From NCBI GenBank assembly GCA_027923505.1, contig BROI01000023.1, forward strand, positions 62,001-126,000: DNA of 64,000 nucleotides, given 5' to 3'. The stretch comes from Mayamaea pseudoterrestris. Its lineage: Eukaryota. Positions 23,747-37,000 of the stretch are shown here, piece by piece; within the stretch, counting starts at the first letter, position 1, and each line of letters begins with the position of its first letter. Under the pieces are notes generated by a model. It was not told the origin of the DNA, made no database searches, and saw only the letters and a list, made by a program, of their open reading frames with translations. Position numbers and translations under genes: made by a program.

Positions 23747-24385
23747 ATGGGAATATCGCGGCCAAAACGCGGCCATTCAAGGTTACTAATGGCTATTCTC
23801 ATGCCATCTACATTCTCTATAGTGACAGCATTCCAACCATATGCGAAAAGATTGTCAGTTTCGTCTTCGCGACGCTTCAGCACCGCGACAATCATGCATC
23901 CTCAAGCCGCCGTTTCAGTGGGTGTTCGATGCAGAAAAACGACCGACAATAACAGTTACTATCTAATGATACAACGAGGCAAAGAACCAAACAAGGGCAA
24001 ATGGTCCATTCCGGGAGGTCGTCTCATGTTTGGCGAAACTGCCTATGAAGGTGGCGTCCGCGAGTTGGCCGAAGAAACGAAATGGAACGATTCTGCAGCC
24101 TTTCAGTCACTATGCTGGTACAAGGGAACGGTTTGTGCGAGCGACTATGTCGGAAAAGAGTATCACTACTTGATTGCTCAGTGCTTTGCCGAACTGGAGT
24201 GTGACGAGTTACCAATCGTTGTAGCGGACGACGATGCGGATGATGCGAAATGGTTTCTGTTGGACAAAGTCAAGGAATGGAGCGACAAGAGCCTGGTATC
24301 GGAAGGAGTCTACGAAGTGTTTATTCGAATGGAGACATTGGCAAACCATGGGTTTCTTCCGACGACAGAACTGCCTTATAGATGA
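23747..24385 (+). CDS. Nudix hydrolase (ADP-ribose pyrophosphatase-like), probably plastid-targeted
   Basis: Nudix box GGRLMFGETAYEGGVRELAEETK, RGKEPNKGKWSIPGG, ADDDADDAKW; hydrophobic leader ending IVTA-FQP followed by an S/R-rich transit-like stretch. Confidence 0.85.
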   Translation: MGISRPKRGHSRLLMAILMPSTFSIVTAFQPYAKRLSVSSSRRFSTATIMHPQAAVSVGVRCRKTTDNNSYYLMIQRGKEPNKGKWSIPGGRLMFGETAYEGGVRELAEETKWNDSAAFQSLCWYKGTVCASDYVGKEYHYLIAQCFAELECDELPIVVADDDADDAKWFLLDKVKEWSDKSLVSEGVYEVFIRMETLANHGFLPTTELPYR

Positions 24386-24556
24386 CAGTCCGTTGATGAG
24401 GAGCCAGCCAAAGCAAGATGGACACGACAAGCCGTCATTCTCATATACCTGCGCTAGCTTTATTTTATAATTTGCTCGTAAATGTACCATTAATACCTGT
24501 CAATAGTGAAACAAAATCTCGTCTTGAAGAGAGGTATGTAGTCTAGATAGTTCGCT

Positions 24557-25624
24557 TTAGGGAAGGCTGCTCAGGACATCATCCACTCCCTTCTTACGTC
24601 GCTTCGGATCAGCGCTAATCAAACCGCCCGTCGGAAAGCCATACCAAATGCATCCGGCGACTCGCTCCTTGGATGTATCGACGCCACAAATGTCAGCGAA
24701 TTCGCTCGTCTTTTGCACCGGGCCACTGGTCCATTTCGTGCCTATGCCTTCACTCCACATGCTCAGCATAAAGTTTTGAACGGCGCAGCTGGTCGATTTA
24801 AAATCTTCAAGCTCTCGTTCCGGATCATGCGGCGACAGTTTGGTTGTCACGACACACCATCCGGGAATCTTGGTCCAATCGACGCTCGATGATAAGCCAT
24901 CGGCAGTTTCCATAGTTTGCATTGACTTTTGTTTCAGCTGCACAAACTTTTGCACCGTCTCTGGTCCAACTTGAATGAATCTCCAAGGTTCCGACTGACT
25001 ACGGTTCGGCGCAGCAATCGCGCAAGTGACAGCCCGACGCAAGACGGCGCGATCCACTGGCGTTTGGTCAAACTGGTCAACCGTCCGTCGGCCGACAATG
25101 AGTGACTGAAACTCCATGGCAACTTGCTTGGCTGCTTCCGATGTCTTTAAATACCACGGCAAAAAGTCATCGACTGACACTTCACCAGTTTCGTCAACGT
25201 CAAAGTATTTGAACAAGGCTTGCACGTCTTGAGGACTAGCGTCAATGTCAAGCATGCGGAGCATTTCGTCAAGCTCAACGGCATCCAATGTACCGGAATT
25301 GTCGGTATCGACGCGCGAAAAGACTTCGAGGGCGTGCTCCAGTTCGGCTGTTGAAGAGGTCCAAAAGTTGGAATTCTCAATAGCACTGCTGTCAGCGGCA
25401 TCGGCGGTATCGTCTCGGCTGAATGATGCCAATGAAGTTATCACCGCAGCTGCTCGCGATGGCGTAGTGATGGCATTGAGTTTTCTGCTCGTCAGATGCA
25501 CAGGAGCTAAAAACGCATTGTGAAAAGGAATTAGCGCCAGCAGAAATAAAAGACTCTTAGGACGAAGAAACGCATTGGCTAAAGGCAGGCAAGCCGCTTG
25601 AAGCAAGCCTTGGCGCATCTTCAT
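24557..25624 (-). CDS. EF-hand pair fused to a nitroreductase-family (FMN) domain, probably plastid-targeted
   Basis: EF loops DTDNSGTLDAVE and DVDETGEVSVDD; nitroreductase motifs GRRTVDQF, AIAAPNRSQSEPWRF, CAVQNFMLSMWSEGIGTKW and IWYGFP; leader ...LLALIPFHNA-FLAP. Confidence 0.85.
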   Translation of the reverse strand: MKMRQGLLQAACLPLANAFLRPKSLLFLLALIPFHNAFLAPVHLTSRKLNAITTPSRAAAVITSLASFSRDDTADAADSSAIENSNFWTSSTAELEHALEVFSRVDTDNSGTLDAVELDEMLRMLDIDASPQDVQALFKYFDVDETGEVSVDDFLPWYLKTSEAAKQVAMEFQSLIVGRRTVDQFDQTPVDRAVLRRAVTCAIAAPNRSQSEPWRFIQVGPETVQKFVQLKQKSMQTMETADGLSSSVDWTKIPGWCVVTTKLSPHDPERELEDFKSTSCAVQNFMLSMWSEGIGTKWTSGPVQKTSEFADICGVDTSKERVAGCIWYGFPTGGLISADPKRRKKGVDDVLSSLP

Positions 25625-25841
25625 GGTTGATGTGTGAAGATGGCATGGAAGAAGAAAGATCGCAGTTCAAACTTATGTCGCTACGGTACTGATCGAGAAC
25701 CTTTACTCGCTGCGCGCGGAACGAGACGTTGCTTCGGTTCCTTTCCCGCCAATGCACAATGCGGAAAATGGTCATATCAATAAATTACTTACTCCGCACG
25801 AGCACACTTTTGATTCAGAAAGCTGATACTGCGATATCATC

Positions 25842-26399
25842 ATGGACCATCGTGGGCAACAAGAGTTTGGCATCCACCCGCCAGCCGCTGCTCCTGGCGG
25901 CCAGGGCCACGGGAGGATTCGCGTCATGATTCAGCAGCAGCAGCTGGAGGAGGAGCCTATCGGTGGCGTACCTATCATTGTGAGACTCGGTGGCTCGCCC
26001 CCACGCCTGCATGATGACGGTTTTGCGCCTTTTGCGCGCGCACGAGTTGCACTTCCGTTCCCTGCCGAGGTCCCTCATGATCTCGACGATGACGACTTTA
26101 ACGACGACGACAATCCAGTATTGGCTAATCTGAATGAAGCGGTCAACCCATTTAACGCAGGCCATGCTCGCGCTCGCTCCCATCACTTGTTCATGCTTCA
26201 TCCTGCGCCGCCGGAGGACGACTTGGAACTTTTTCGTGGCCTCATTCCTTTACACCTTGGCGAAAATCTTGTAACTGACCATGAAGACTCATGGAGCAGT
26301 TCCAGTCTCAATACAATGCATAGCAACAACGCTTTGAGTGAAACCAGTGGTTTGCAAAGAAACGGTCATGGCGATGAATCGATGGAATTTAACTATTAA
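25842..26399 (+). CDS. Short hypothetical low-complexity protein
   Basis: 185-aa ORF, divergent from the nitroreductase gene; no homology recognised. Confidence 0.4.
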   Translation: MDHRGQQEFGIHPPAAAPGGQGHGRIRVMIQQQQLEEEPIGGVPIIVRLGGSPPRLHDDGFAPFARARVALPFPAEVPHDLDDDDFNDDDNPVLANLNEAVNPFNAGHARARSHHLFMLHPAPPEDDLELFRGLIPLHLGENLVTDHEDSWSSSSLNTMHSNNALSETSGLQRNGHGDESMEFNY

Positions 26400-26725
26400 A
26401 AACAAGACGCAGTCTGAAGGATGCATGTGAATGCATGGGAGTTTTGAAAGTCATCAAAAATGAAACGTGGAAGTAGGAACCTTCAGACATAGATAGTTTT
26501 CGAATATGTGGTAATCTAATTAGTCGATAAAATGCAAGCGTTTAAAGTAACATATTTAAATCATAAGGAACGAAAAAGCTGTTGCTAGCAAAGAATCCAT
26601 CCGGCACTGAAAAGACCGTTTCATTCATGCGTGACGCTTGAACGACCAATCTCGCATTCGCCCAAGCTTGCGATGCGGATGTGACACTTTCATTGGATTT
26701 GTGGCTGCTTAAAAAACTTATTTCA

Positions 26726-27700
26726 GGAATCATCATTGTTGCCTGTTGAGGCCTCCAATCCATTCAATTCATGTTTGGTTTCATGATGGGCCAATGGTTG
26801 GGTCAAATGCACATATTGTAGTCTCCACAAAGATGTTCGCCATGGTGAGACTCATCAGATCCAACAACTTGTTGGATCTGGTAGCAGTGCACCTCCAGTG
26901 GCACTGTAGGCTGGCAGAATGGCCCACCACGCCTGGAATACAAACACCATTCCGTTTCTAATTGATTAGAATACAAAGGCTTGTCAGCTTGGGTGTGAAT
27001 CCATCCCCTTGCCATGAGACTCCACACATTCAACAAGTGGTTGAATGTGCCAGCGGTGCAAATCTTTTTGGCTACAGGAATCATCAGTGTTGCCTGTTGA
27101 GCCCTCCAATCCATTCAATTCATGATTGGTGTCATGATGGGCCAATGTTTGGGTCAATTGCACCCATTGCAGTCTCCACAAAGATGTTCACCATGGTGAG
27201 ACTCAGCAGATCCAACAATTTGTTGGATCTGGTAGCGGTGCACCTCCAGTGGCACTGCAGGCTGCCAGAGTGGCCTGCCACTCCTGTTATACAACAAAGA
27301 TTCCGTTTAAAGTGGAATACAACAAACATTCCATTTAAAATAGAATGGGACTGATAGTCTCGTCATTTTGGGTGTGGAACCCATCACCATGCTAGGAGAT
27401 TCCGCACATTCAACAAATGGTTGAATGTGCCAGCAGGGCCCCCTTTTTGGCTGCAAAGATCATCAGCATTGCGTGCTGAGCCCTCCAATACCTATCAATT
27501 CATGTTTGTTGACATGATGGGCTAGGAAGTTGGTCACATGCACCTCATTATCCATCACCATGGATGCTATTGGTGATACTTGGCAGATCCAACAACTTGT
27601 TGGATCTGCGAGCCCTGCACCTCAAGTGGCAAGTCCAACTGCCTGAATGGCCAACAGACCCTGGAATACAACAAACATGGACATTGCATTCCATGGAGAC
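26726..27700. repeat. Diverged ~350-380-bp tandem repeat (about 2.7 copies), each a dimer of ~170-180-bp palindrome-bearing subunits; left flank of the satellite
   Basis: Units begin near 26726, 27076 and 27456 (aggaatcatca../aagatcatca..); shared blocks cctccaat...tcaattcatg, cagatccaacaaNttgttggatctg, gcacctcNagtggca and cacattcaacaaNtggttgaatgtg. Confidence 0.85.
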
Positions 27701-27778
27701 ATTAGCCTGTCAACTTGTCTTGTAGTGCATCTGAAATAAGGTTGTGAGTTGGATACAAAAAAACATGGGCAGTTCAGA

Positions 27779-28040
27779 CATCCACACAGGAACCAGCTCC
27801 ATGGTGCTACAGTGCATGGCCTACAAAATCTACTCCCAATTGTAGTCTTGATCCATCAATCTTGTTTAGCTATGCTTGAAGACATGCTTGCGGTGAGATT
27901 GCTGCCCAAAAATCATCCATAGCTGATTCGTAGCAGCTACAGTATGGAAGGGCAACACAGCCATCCACACAGGAACCAGCACCATGGTGCTACAGTGCGT
28001 GCCCTTCCATACCTACCCCCAAATGTAGTCATTGTCCAGT
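27779..28040. repeat. Two diverged copies of a ~183-bp unit bridging the left-flank repeat and the satellite
   Basis: catccacacaggaaccagc(t/a)ccatggtgctacagtgc at 27779 and 27962. Confidence 0.75.
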
Positions 28041-31000
28041 CTGTGCAACAAGATGGTATGCTTGGACTGGCAGGTGTCTGAGGGGATGGCAATGTATTTG
28101 GTGACAACTTGTCACCAGTCTCAGCCCGCAGATGCCATGACATTCAAACGCCCCTACAGCAAACCCTGTAGGTGCCCAAATTACACCAGAATGGTGCCAA
28201 CATCATTATTCAGGCTGCGCTACAAGATGGTAGGCTTGGCTGGTGTCTCAGGGGATGGCAATGTATTTGGTGACAACTTGTCACCAGTCTCAGCCCGCAG
28301 ATGCCATGACATTCAAATGCCCCTACAGCAAGCCCTGTAGGTGCCCAAATGACACCAGAATGGTGCCAACATCATTATTCAGGCTGCGCTACAAGATGGT
28401 AGGCTTGGCTGGTGTCTCAGGGGATGGCAATGTATTTGGTGACAACTTGTCACCAGTCTCAGCCCGCAGATGCCATGACATTCAAATGCCCCTACAGCAA
28501 GCCCTGTAGGTGCCCAAATGACACCAGAATGGTGCCAACATCATTATTCAGGCTGCGCTACAAGATGGTAGGCTTGCCTGGTGTCTCAGGGGATGGCAAT
28601 GTATTTGGTGACAACTTGTCACCAGTCTCAGCCCGCAGATGCCACAACATTCAAATGCCCCTACAGCAAGCCCTGTAGGTGCCCAAATTACACCAGAATG
28701 GTGCCAACATCATTATTCAGGCTGCGCTACAAGATGGTAGGCTTGGCTGGTGTCTCAGGGGATGGCAATGTATTTGGTGACAACTTGTCACCAGTCTCAG
28801 CCCGCAGATGCCATGACATTCAAACGCCCCTACAGCAAGCCCTGTAGGTGCCCAAATGACACCAGAATGGTGCCAACATCATTATTCAGGCTGCGCTACA
28901 AGATGGTAGGCTTGGCTGGTGTCTCAGGGGATAGCAATGTATTTGGTGACAACTTGTCACCAGTCTCAGCCCGCAGATGCCATGACATTCAAACGCCCCT
29001 ACAGCAAGCCCTGTAGGTGCCCAAATGACACCAGAATGGTGCCAACATCGTTATTCAGGCTGCGCTACAAGATGGTAGGCTTGCCTGGTGTCTCAGGGGA
29101 TGGCAACGTATTTGGTGACAACTTGTCACCAGTCTCAGCCCGCAGATGCCATGACATTCAAACGCCCCTACAGCAAGCCCTGTAGGTGCCCAAATGACAC
29201 CAGAATGGTGCCAACATTGTTATTCAGGCTGCGCTACAAGATGGTAGGCTTGGCTGGTGTCTCAGGGGATGGCAATGTATTTGGTGACAACTTGTCACCA
29301 GTCTCAGCCCGCAGATGCCACGACATTCAAACGCCCCTACAGCAAGCCCTGTAGGTGCCCAAATGACACCAGAATGGTGCCAACATCAATATTCAGGTTG
29401 CGCTACAAGATAGGAGACTTGGCTGGTGTCTGAGGGGATGGCAATGTATTTGGTGACAACTTGTCACCATTTTCAGCCCGCAGATGCCATGACATTCAAA
29501 CGCCCCTACAGCAAGCCCTGTTGGTGCCCAAATGACACCAGAATGGTGCCAACATCATTACTTCGGCTGCGCTACATGATGGTAGGCTTGGCTGGTGTCT
29601 CAGGGGATGGCAATGTATTTGGTGTCAACTTGTCACCAGTCTCAGCCTGCAGATGCCATGACATTCAAACGCCCCTACAGCAAGCCCTGTTGGTGCCCAA
29701 ATGACACCAGAATGGTGCCAACATCATTATTTCGGCTGCGCTACAAGATGGTAGGCTTGGCTGGTGTCTCAGGGGATGGCAATGTATTTGGTGACAACTT
29801 GTCACCAGTCTCAGCCCGCAGATGCCATGACATTCAAACGCCCCTACAGCAAGCCCTGTAGGTGCCCAAATTACACCAGAATGGTGCCAACATCATTATT
29901 CAGGCTGCGCTACAAGATGGTAGGCTTGGCTGGTGTCTCAGGGGATGGCAATGTATTTGGTGACAACTTGTCACCAGTCTCAGCCCGCAGATGCCATGAC
30001 ATTCATATACCCCTACAGCAAGCCCTGTTGGTGCCCAAATGACACCAGAATGGTGCCAACATCATTATTTCGGCTGCGCTACAAGATGGTAGGCTTGGCT
30101 GGTGTCTCAGGGGATGGCAATGTATTTGGTGACAACTTGTCACCAGTCTCAGCCCGCAGATGCCATGACATTCAAACGCCCCTACAGCAAGCCCTGTAGG
30201 TGCCCAAATGACACCAGAATGGTGCCAACATCATTATTTTAACTGCGCTACAAGATGGTAGGCTTGGCTGGTGTCTCAGGGGATGGCAATGTATTTGGTG
30301 ACAACTTGTCACCAGTCTCAGCCTGCAGATGCCATGACATTCAAACGCCCCTACAGCAAGCCCTGTAGGTGCGCAAATGACACCAGAATGGTGCCAACAT
30401 CATTATTCAGGCTGCGCTACAAGATGGTAGGCTTGCCTGGTGTCTCAGGGGATGGCAATGTATTTGGTGACAACTTGTCACCAGTCTCAGCCCGCAGATG
30501 CCATGACATTCAAACGCCCCTACAGCAAGCCCTGTAGGTGCGCAAATGACACCAGAATGGTGCCAACACCATTATTCAGGCTGCGCTACAAGATGGTAGG
30601 CTTGCCTGGTGTCTCAGGGGATGGCAATGTATTTGGTGACAACTTGTCACCAGTCTCAGCCTGCAGATGCCATGACATTCAAACGCCCCTACAGCAAGCC
30701 CTGTAGGTGCCCAAATGACACCAGAATGGTGCCAACATCATTATTCAGGCTGCGCTACAAGATGGTAGGCTTGGCTGGGGTCTCAGGGGATGGCAATGTA
30801 TTTGGTGACAACTTGTCATCAGTCTCAGCCCGCAGATGCCATGACATTCAAACGCCCCTACAGCAAGCCCTGTAGGTGCCCAAATGACACCAGAATGGTG
30901 CCAACATCGTTACTTCGGCTGCGCTACAAGATGGTAGGCTTGGCTGGTGTCTCAGGGGATGGCAACGTATTTGGTGACAACTTGTCACCAGTCTCAGCCC

Positions 31001-34000
31001 GCAGATGCCATGACATTCAAACGCCCCTACAGCAAGCCCTGTAGGTGCCCAAATAACACCAGAATGGTGCCAACATCGTTATTTCGGCTGCGCTACAAGA
31101 TGGTAGGCTTGGCTGGTGTCTCAGGGGATGGCAATGTATTTGGTGACAACTTGTCACCAGTCTCAGCCCGCAGATGCCATGACATTCAAACGCCCCTACA
31201 GCAAGCCCTGTAGGTGCCCAAATGACACCAGAATGGTGCCAACATCATTATTCAGGCTGCGCTACAAGATGGTAGGCTTGGCTGGTGTCTCAGGGGATGG
31301 CAATGTATTTGGTGACAACTTGTCACTAGTCTCAGCCCGCAGATGCCGTGACATTCAAACAACCCTACAGCAAGCCCTGTAGGTGCCCAAATTACACCAG
31401 AATGGTGCCAACACCATTATTCAGGCTGCGCTACAAGATGGTAGGCTTGCCTGGTGTCTCAGGGGATGGCAATGTATTTGGTGACAACTCGTCACCAGTC
31501 TCAGCCCGCAGATGCCATGACATTCAAACGCCCCTACAGCAAGCCCTGTTGGTGCCCAAATTACACCAGAATGGTGCCAACATCATTATTCAGGCTGCGC
31601 TACAAGATGGTAGGCTTGGCTGGTGTCTCAGGGGATGGCAATGTATTTGGTGACAACTTGTCACCAGTCTCAGCCCGCAGATGCCATGACATTCAAATTC
31701 CCTACAGCAAGCCCTGTTGGTGCCCAAATGACACCAGAATGGTGCCAACATCATTATTTCGGCTGCGCTACAAGATGGTAGGCTTGGCTGGTGTCTCAGG
31801 GGATGGCAATGTATTTGGTGACAACTTGTCACCAGTCTCAGCCCGCAGATGCCATGACATTCATACACCCCTACAGCAAGCCCTGTAGGTGCCCAAATGA
31901 CACCAGAATGGTGCCAACATCATTATTCAGGCTGCGCTACAAGATGGTAGGCTTGGCTGGTGTCTCAGGGGATGGCAATGTATTTGGTGACAACTTGTCA
32001 CCAGTCTCAGCCCGCAGATGCCATGACATTCAAACGCCCCTACAGCAAGCCCTGTAGGTGCCCAAATGACACCAGAATGGTGCCAACATCATTATTCAGG
32101 CTGCGCTACAAGATGGTAGGCTTGGCTGGTGTCTCAGGGGATGGCAATGTATTTGGTGACAACTTGTCACCAGTCTCAGCCTGCAGATGCCATGACATTC
32201 AAACGCCCCTACAGCAAGCCCTGTAGGTGCCCAAATGACACCAGAATGGTGCCAACATCATTATTCAGGCTGCGCTACAAGATGGTAGGCTTGGCTGGTG
32301 TCTCAGGGGATGGCAATGTATTTGGTGACAACTTGTCACCAGTCTCAGCCCGCAGATGCCATGACATTCAAACGCCCCTACAGCAAGCCCTGTAGGTGCG
32401 CAAATGACACCAGAATGGTGCCAACATCATTATTCAGGCTGCGCTACAAGATGGTAGGCTTGCCTGGTGTCTCAGGGGATGGCAATGTATTTGGTGACAA
32501 CTTGTCACCAGTCTCAGCCCGCAGATGCCATGACATTCAAACGCCCCTACAGCAAGCCCTGTAGGTGCGCAAATGACACCAGAATGGTGCCAACACCATT
32601 ATTCAGGCTGCGCTACAAGATGGTAGGCTTGGCTGGTGTCTCAGGGGATGGCAATGTATTTGGTGACAACTTGTCACCAGTCTCAGCCTGCAGATGCCAT
32701 GACATTCAAACGCCCCTACAGCAAGCCCTGTAGGTGCCCAAATGACACCAGAATGGTGCCAACATCATTATTCAGGCTGCGCTACAAGATGGTAGGCTTG
32801 GCTGGGGTCTCAGGGGATGGCAACGTATTTGGTGACAACTTGTCATCAGTCTCAGCCCGCAGATGCCATGACATTCAAACGCCCCTACAGCAAGCCCTGT
32901 AGGTGCCCAAATGACACCAGAATTGTGCCAACATCGTTACTTCGGCTGCGCTACAAGATGGTAGGCTTGGCTGGTGTCTCAGGGGATGGCAACGTATTTG
33001 GTGACAACTTGTCACCAGTCTCAGCCCGCAGATGCCATGACATTCAAACGCCCCTACAGCAAGCCCTGTAGGTGCCCAAATGACACCAGAATGGTGCCAA
33101 CATCATTATTCAGGCTGCGCTACAAGATGGTAGGCTTGGCTGGTGTCTCAGGGGATGGCAATGTATTTGGTGACAACTTGTCACCAGTCTCAGCCCGCAG
33201 ATGCCGTGACATTCAAACAACCCTACAGCAAGCCCTGTAGGTGCCCAAATGACACCAGAATGGTGCCAACACCATTATTCAGGCTGCGCTACAAGATGGT
33301 AGGCTTGGCTGGTGTCTCAGGGGATGGCAATGTATTTGGTGACAACTTGTCACCAGTCTCAGCCCGCAGATGCCGTGACATTCAAACGCCCCTACAGCAA
33401 GCCCTGTAGGTGCCCAAATTACACCAGAATGGTGCCAACACCATTATTCAGGCTGCGCTACAAGATGGTAGGCTTGCCTGGTGTCTCAGGGGATGGCAAT
33501 GTATTTGGTGACAACTTGTCACCAGTCTCAGCCCGCAGATGCCATGACATTCAAATGCCCCTACAGCAAGCCCTGTTGGTGCCCAAATGACACCAGAACA
33601 GTGCCAACAGCATTACTTCGGCTGCGCTACAAGATGGTAGGCTTGGCTGGTGTCTCAGGGGATGGCAATGTATTTGGTGACAACTTGTCACCAGTCTCAG
33701 CCCGCAGATGCCACGACATTCAAACAACCCTACAGCAAGCCCTGTAGGTGCCCAAATGACACCAGAATGGTGCCAACATCATTATTCAGGCTGCGCTACA
33801 AGATGGTAGGCTTGGCTGGTGTCTCAGGGGATGGCAATGTATTTGGTGACAACTTGTCACCAGTCTCAGCCCGCAGATGCCATGACATTCAAATGCCCCT
33901 ACAGCAAGCCCTGTTGGTGCCCAAATGACACCAGAACAGTGCCAACAGCATTACTTCGGCTGCGCTACAAGATGGTAGGCTTGGCTGGTGTCTCAGGGGA

Positions 34001-37000
34001 TGGCAATGTATTTGGTGACAACTTGTCACCAGTCTCAGCCCGCAGATGCCATGACATTCAAACGCCCCTACAGCAAGCCCTGTAGGTGCCCAAATGACAC
34101 CAGAATGGTGCCAACATCATTATTCAGGCTGCGCTACAAGATGGTAGGCTTGGCTGGTGTCTCAGGGGATGGCAATGTATTTGGTGACAACTTGTCACCA
34201 GTCTCAGCCCGCAGATGCCATGACATTCAAACGCCCCTACAGCAAGCCCTGTAGGTGCCCAAATGACACCAGAATGGTGCCAACATTATTATTCAGGCTG
34301 CGCTACAAGATGGTAGGCTTGGCTGGTGTCTCAGGGGATGGCAATGTATTTGGTGACAACTTGTCACCAGTCTCAGCCCGCAGATGCCACGACATTCAAA
34401 TGCCCCTACAGCAAGCCCTGTAGGTGCCCAAATGACACCAGAATGGTGCCAACATCATTATTCAGGCTGCGCTACAAGATGGTAGGCTTGGCTGGTGTCT
34501 CAGGGGATGGCAATGTATTTGGTGACAACTTGTCACCAGTCTCAGCCCGCAGATGCCACGACATTCAAATGCCCATACAGCAAGCCCTGTAGGTGCCCAA
34601 ATGACACCAGAATGGTGCCAACATCATTATTCAGGCTGCGCTACAAGATGGTAGGCTTGGCTGGTGTCTCAGGGGATGGCAATGTATTTGGTGACAACTT
34701 GTCACCAGTCTCAGCCCGCAGATGCCATGACATTCAAACGCCCCTACAGCAAGCCCTGTAGGTGCCCAAATGACACCAGAATGGTGCCAACACATCTTCC
34801 GATCCTCAAATCTTCCTGGTGTCTCAGGGGATGGCAAGTATTTCCTGCGCTACAAGATGGTAGGCCCATGTGGGCCTCTCGGTGCGCTCATAGCTCTGCA
34901 GGGGATGGCAATGTATTTGGTGACAACTTGTCACCAGTCTCAGCCCGCAGATGCCACAACATTCAAACGCCCCTACAGCAAGCCCTGTAGGTGCCGAAAT
35001 TACACCAGAATGGTGCCAACATCATTATTCAGGCTGCGCTACAAGATGGTAGGCTTGGATGGTGCCTCAGGGGATGGCAATGTATTTGGTGACAACTCGT
35101 CACCAGTCTCAGCCCGCAGATGCCATGACATTCAAACGCCCCTACAGCAAGCCCTGTAGGTGCCCAAATTACACCAGAATGGTGCCAACATCATTATTTC
35201 GGCTGCGCTACAAGATGGTAGGCTTGGATGGTGCCTCAGGGGATGGCAATGTATTTGGTGACAATTTGTCACCAGTCTCAGCCCGCAGATGCCACAACAT
35301 TCAAATGCCCCTACAGCAAGCCCTGTAGGTGCCGAAATTACACCAGAATGGTGCCAACATCATTATTCAGGCTGCGCTACAAGATGGTAGGCTTGGATGG
35401 TGCCTCAGGGGATGGCAATGTATTTGGTGACAACTCGTCACCAGTCTCAGCCCGCAGATGCCATGACATTCAAACGCCCCTACAGCAAGCCCTGTAGGTG
35501 CCCAAATTACACCAGAATGGTGCCAACATCATTATTTTGGCTGCGCTACAAGATGGTAGGCTTGGATGGTGCCTCAGGGGATGGCAATGTATTTGGTGAC
35601 AACTCATCACCAGTCTCAGCCCGCAGATGCCATGACATTCAAACGCCCCTACAGCAAGCCCTGTAGGTGCCCAAATGACACCAGAATGGTGCCAACATCA
35701 TTATTCAGGCTGCGCTACAAGATGGTAGGCTTGGCTGGTGTCTCAGGGGATGGCAATGTATTTGGTGACAACTTGTCACCAGTCTCAGCCCGCAGATGCC
35801 ATGACATTCAAACGCCCCTACAGCAAGCCCTGTTGGTGCCCAAATGACACCAGAATGGTGCCAACACCATTATTCAAGCTGCGCTACAAGATGGTAGGCT
35901 TGGCTGGTGTCTCAGGGGATGGCAATGTATTTGGTGACAACTTGTCACCAGTCTCAGCCCGCAGATGCCACGACATTCAAACGCCCCTACAGCAAGCCCT
36001 GTAGGTGCCCAAATGACACCAGAATGGTGCCAACATCGTTACTTCGGCTGCGCTACAAGATGGTAGGCTTGGCTGGTGTCTCAGGGGATGGCAATGTATT
36101 TGGTGACAACTTGTCACCAGTCTCAGCCCGCAGATGCCATGACATTCAAACGCCCCTACAGCAAGCCCTGTAGGTGCCCAAATGACACCAGAATGGTGCC
36201 ATTATCATTAATTCGGCTGCGCTACATGATGGTAGGCTTGGCTGGTGTCTCAGGGGATGGCAATGTATTTGGTGGCAACTTGTCACCAGTCTCAGCCCGC
36301 AGATGCCATGACATTCAAACGCCCCTACAGCAAGCCCTGTAGGTGCCCAAATGACACCAGAATGGTGCCAACATCATTACTTCGGCTGCGCTACATGATG
36401 GTAGGCTTGCCTGGTGTCTCAGGGGATGGCAATGTATTTGGTGACAACTTGTCACCAGTCTCAGCCTGCAGATGCCACGACATTCAAATGCCCCTACAGC
36501 AAGCCCTGTAGGTGCCCAAATGACACCAGAATGGTGCCAACATCATTATTCAGGCTGCGCTACAAGATGGTAGGCTTGGCTGGGGTCTCAGGGGATGGCA
36601 ATGTATTTGGTGACAACTTGTCACCAGTCTCAGCCCGCAGATGCCATGACATTTAAACGCCCCTACAGCAAGCCCTGTTGGTGCCCAAATGACACCAGAA
36701 TGGTGCCAACATCATTACTTCGGCTGCGCTACATGATGGTAGGCTTGGCTGGTGTCTCAGGGGATGGCAATGTATTTGGTGACAACTTGTCACCAGTCTC
36801 AGCCCGCAGATGCCATGACATTCAAACGCCCCTACAGCAAGCCCTGTAGGTGCCCAAATGACACCAGAATGGTGCCAACATCATTATTCAGGCTGCGCTA
36901 CAAGATGGTAGGCTTGGCTGGTGTCTCAGGGGATGGCAATGTATTTGGTGACAACTTGTCACCAGTCACAGCCCGCAGATGCCACGACATTCAAATGCCC

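Noticed and set aside
26815..26860. Hammerhead-like CTGATGA-GTCTC...GAGAC on the minus strand (retrozyme hypothesis)
   Set aside because: The required GAAA after stem II is absent (TACA), CTGATGA is not kept in the other copies, and the 169-mer lacks the core
27436..27470. ccctttttggctgcaaagatca resembles the U2 snRNA 5' end
   Set aside because: No GTAGTA branch-pairing sequence or Sm site follows; the match is short and lies inside the diverged repeat
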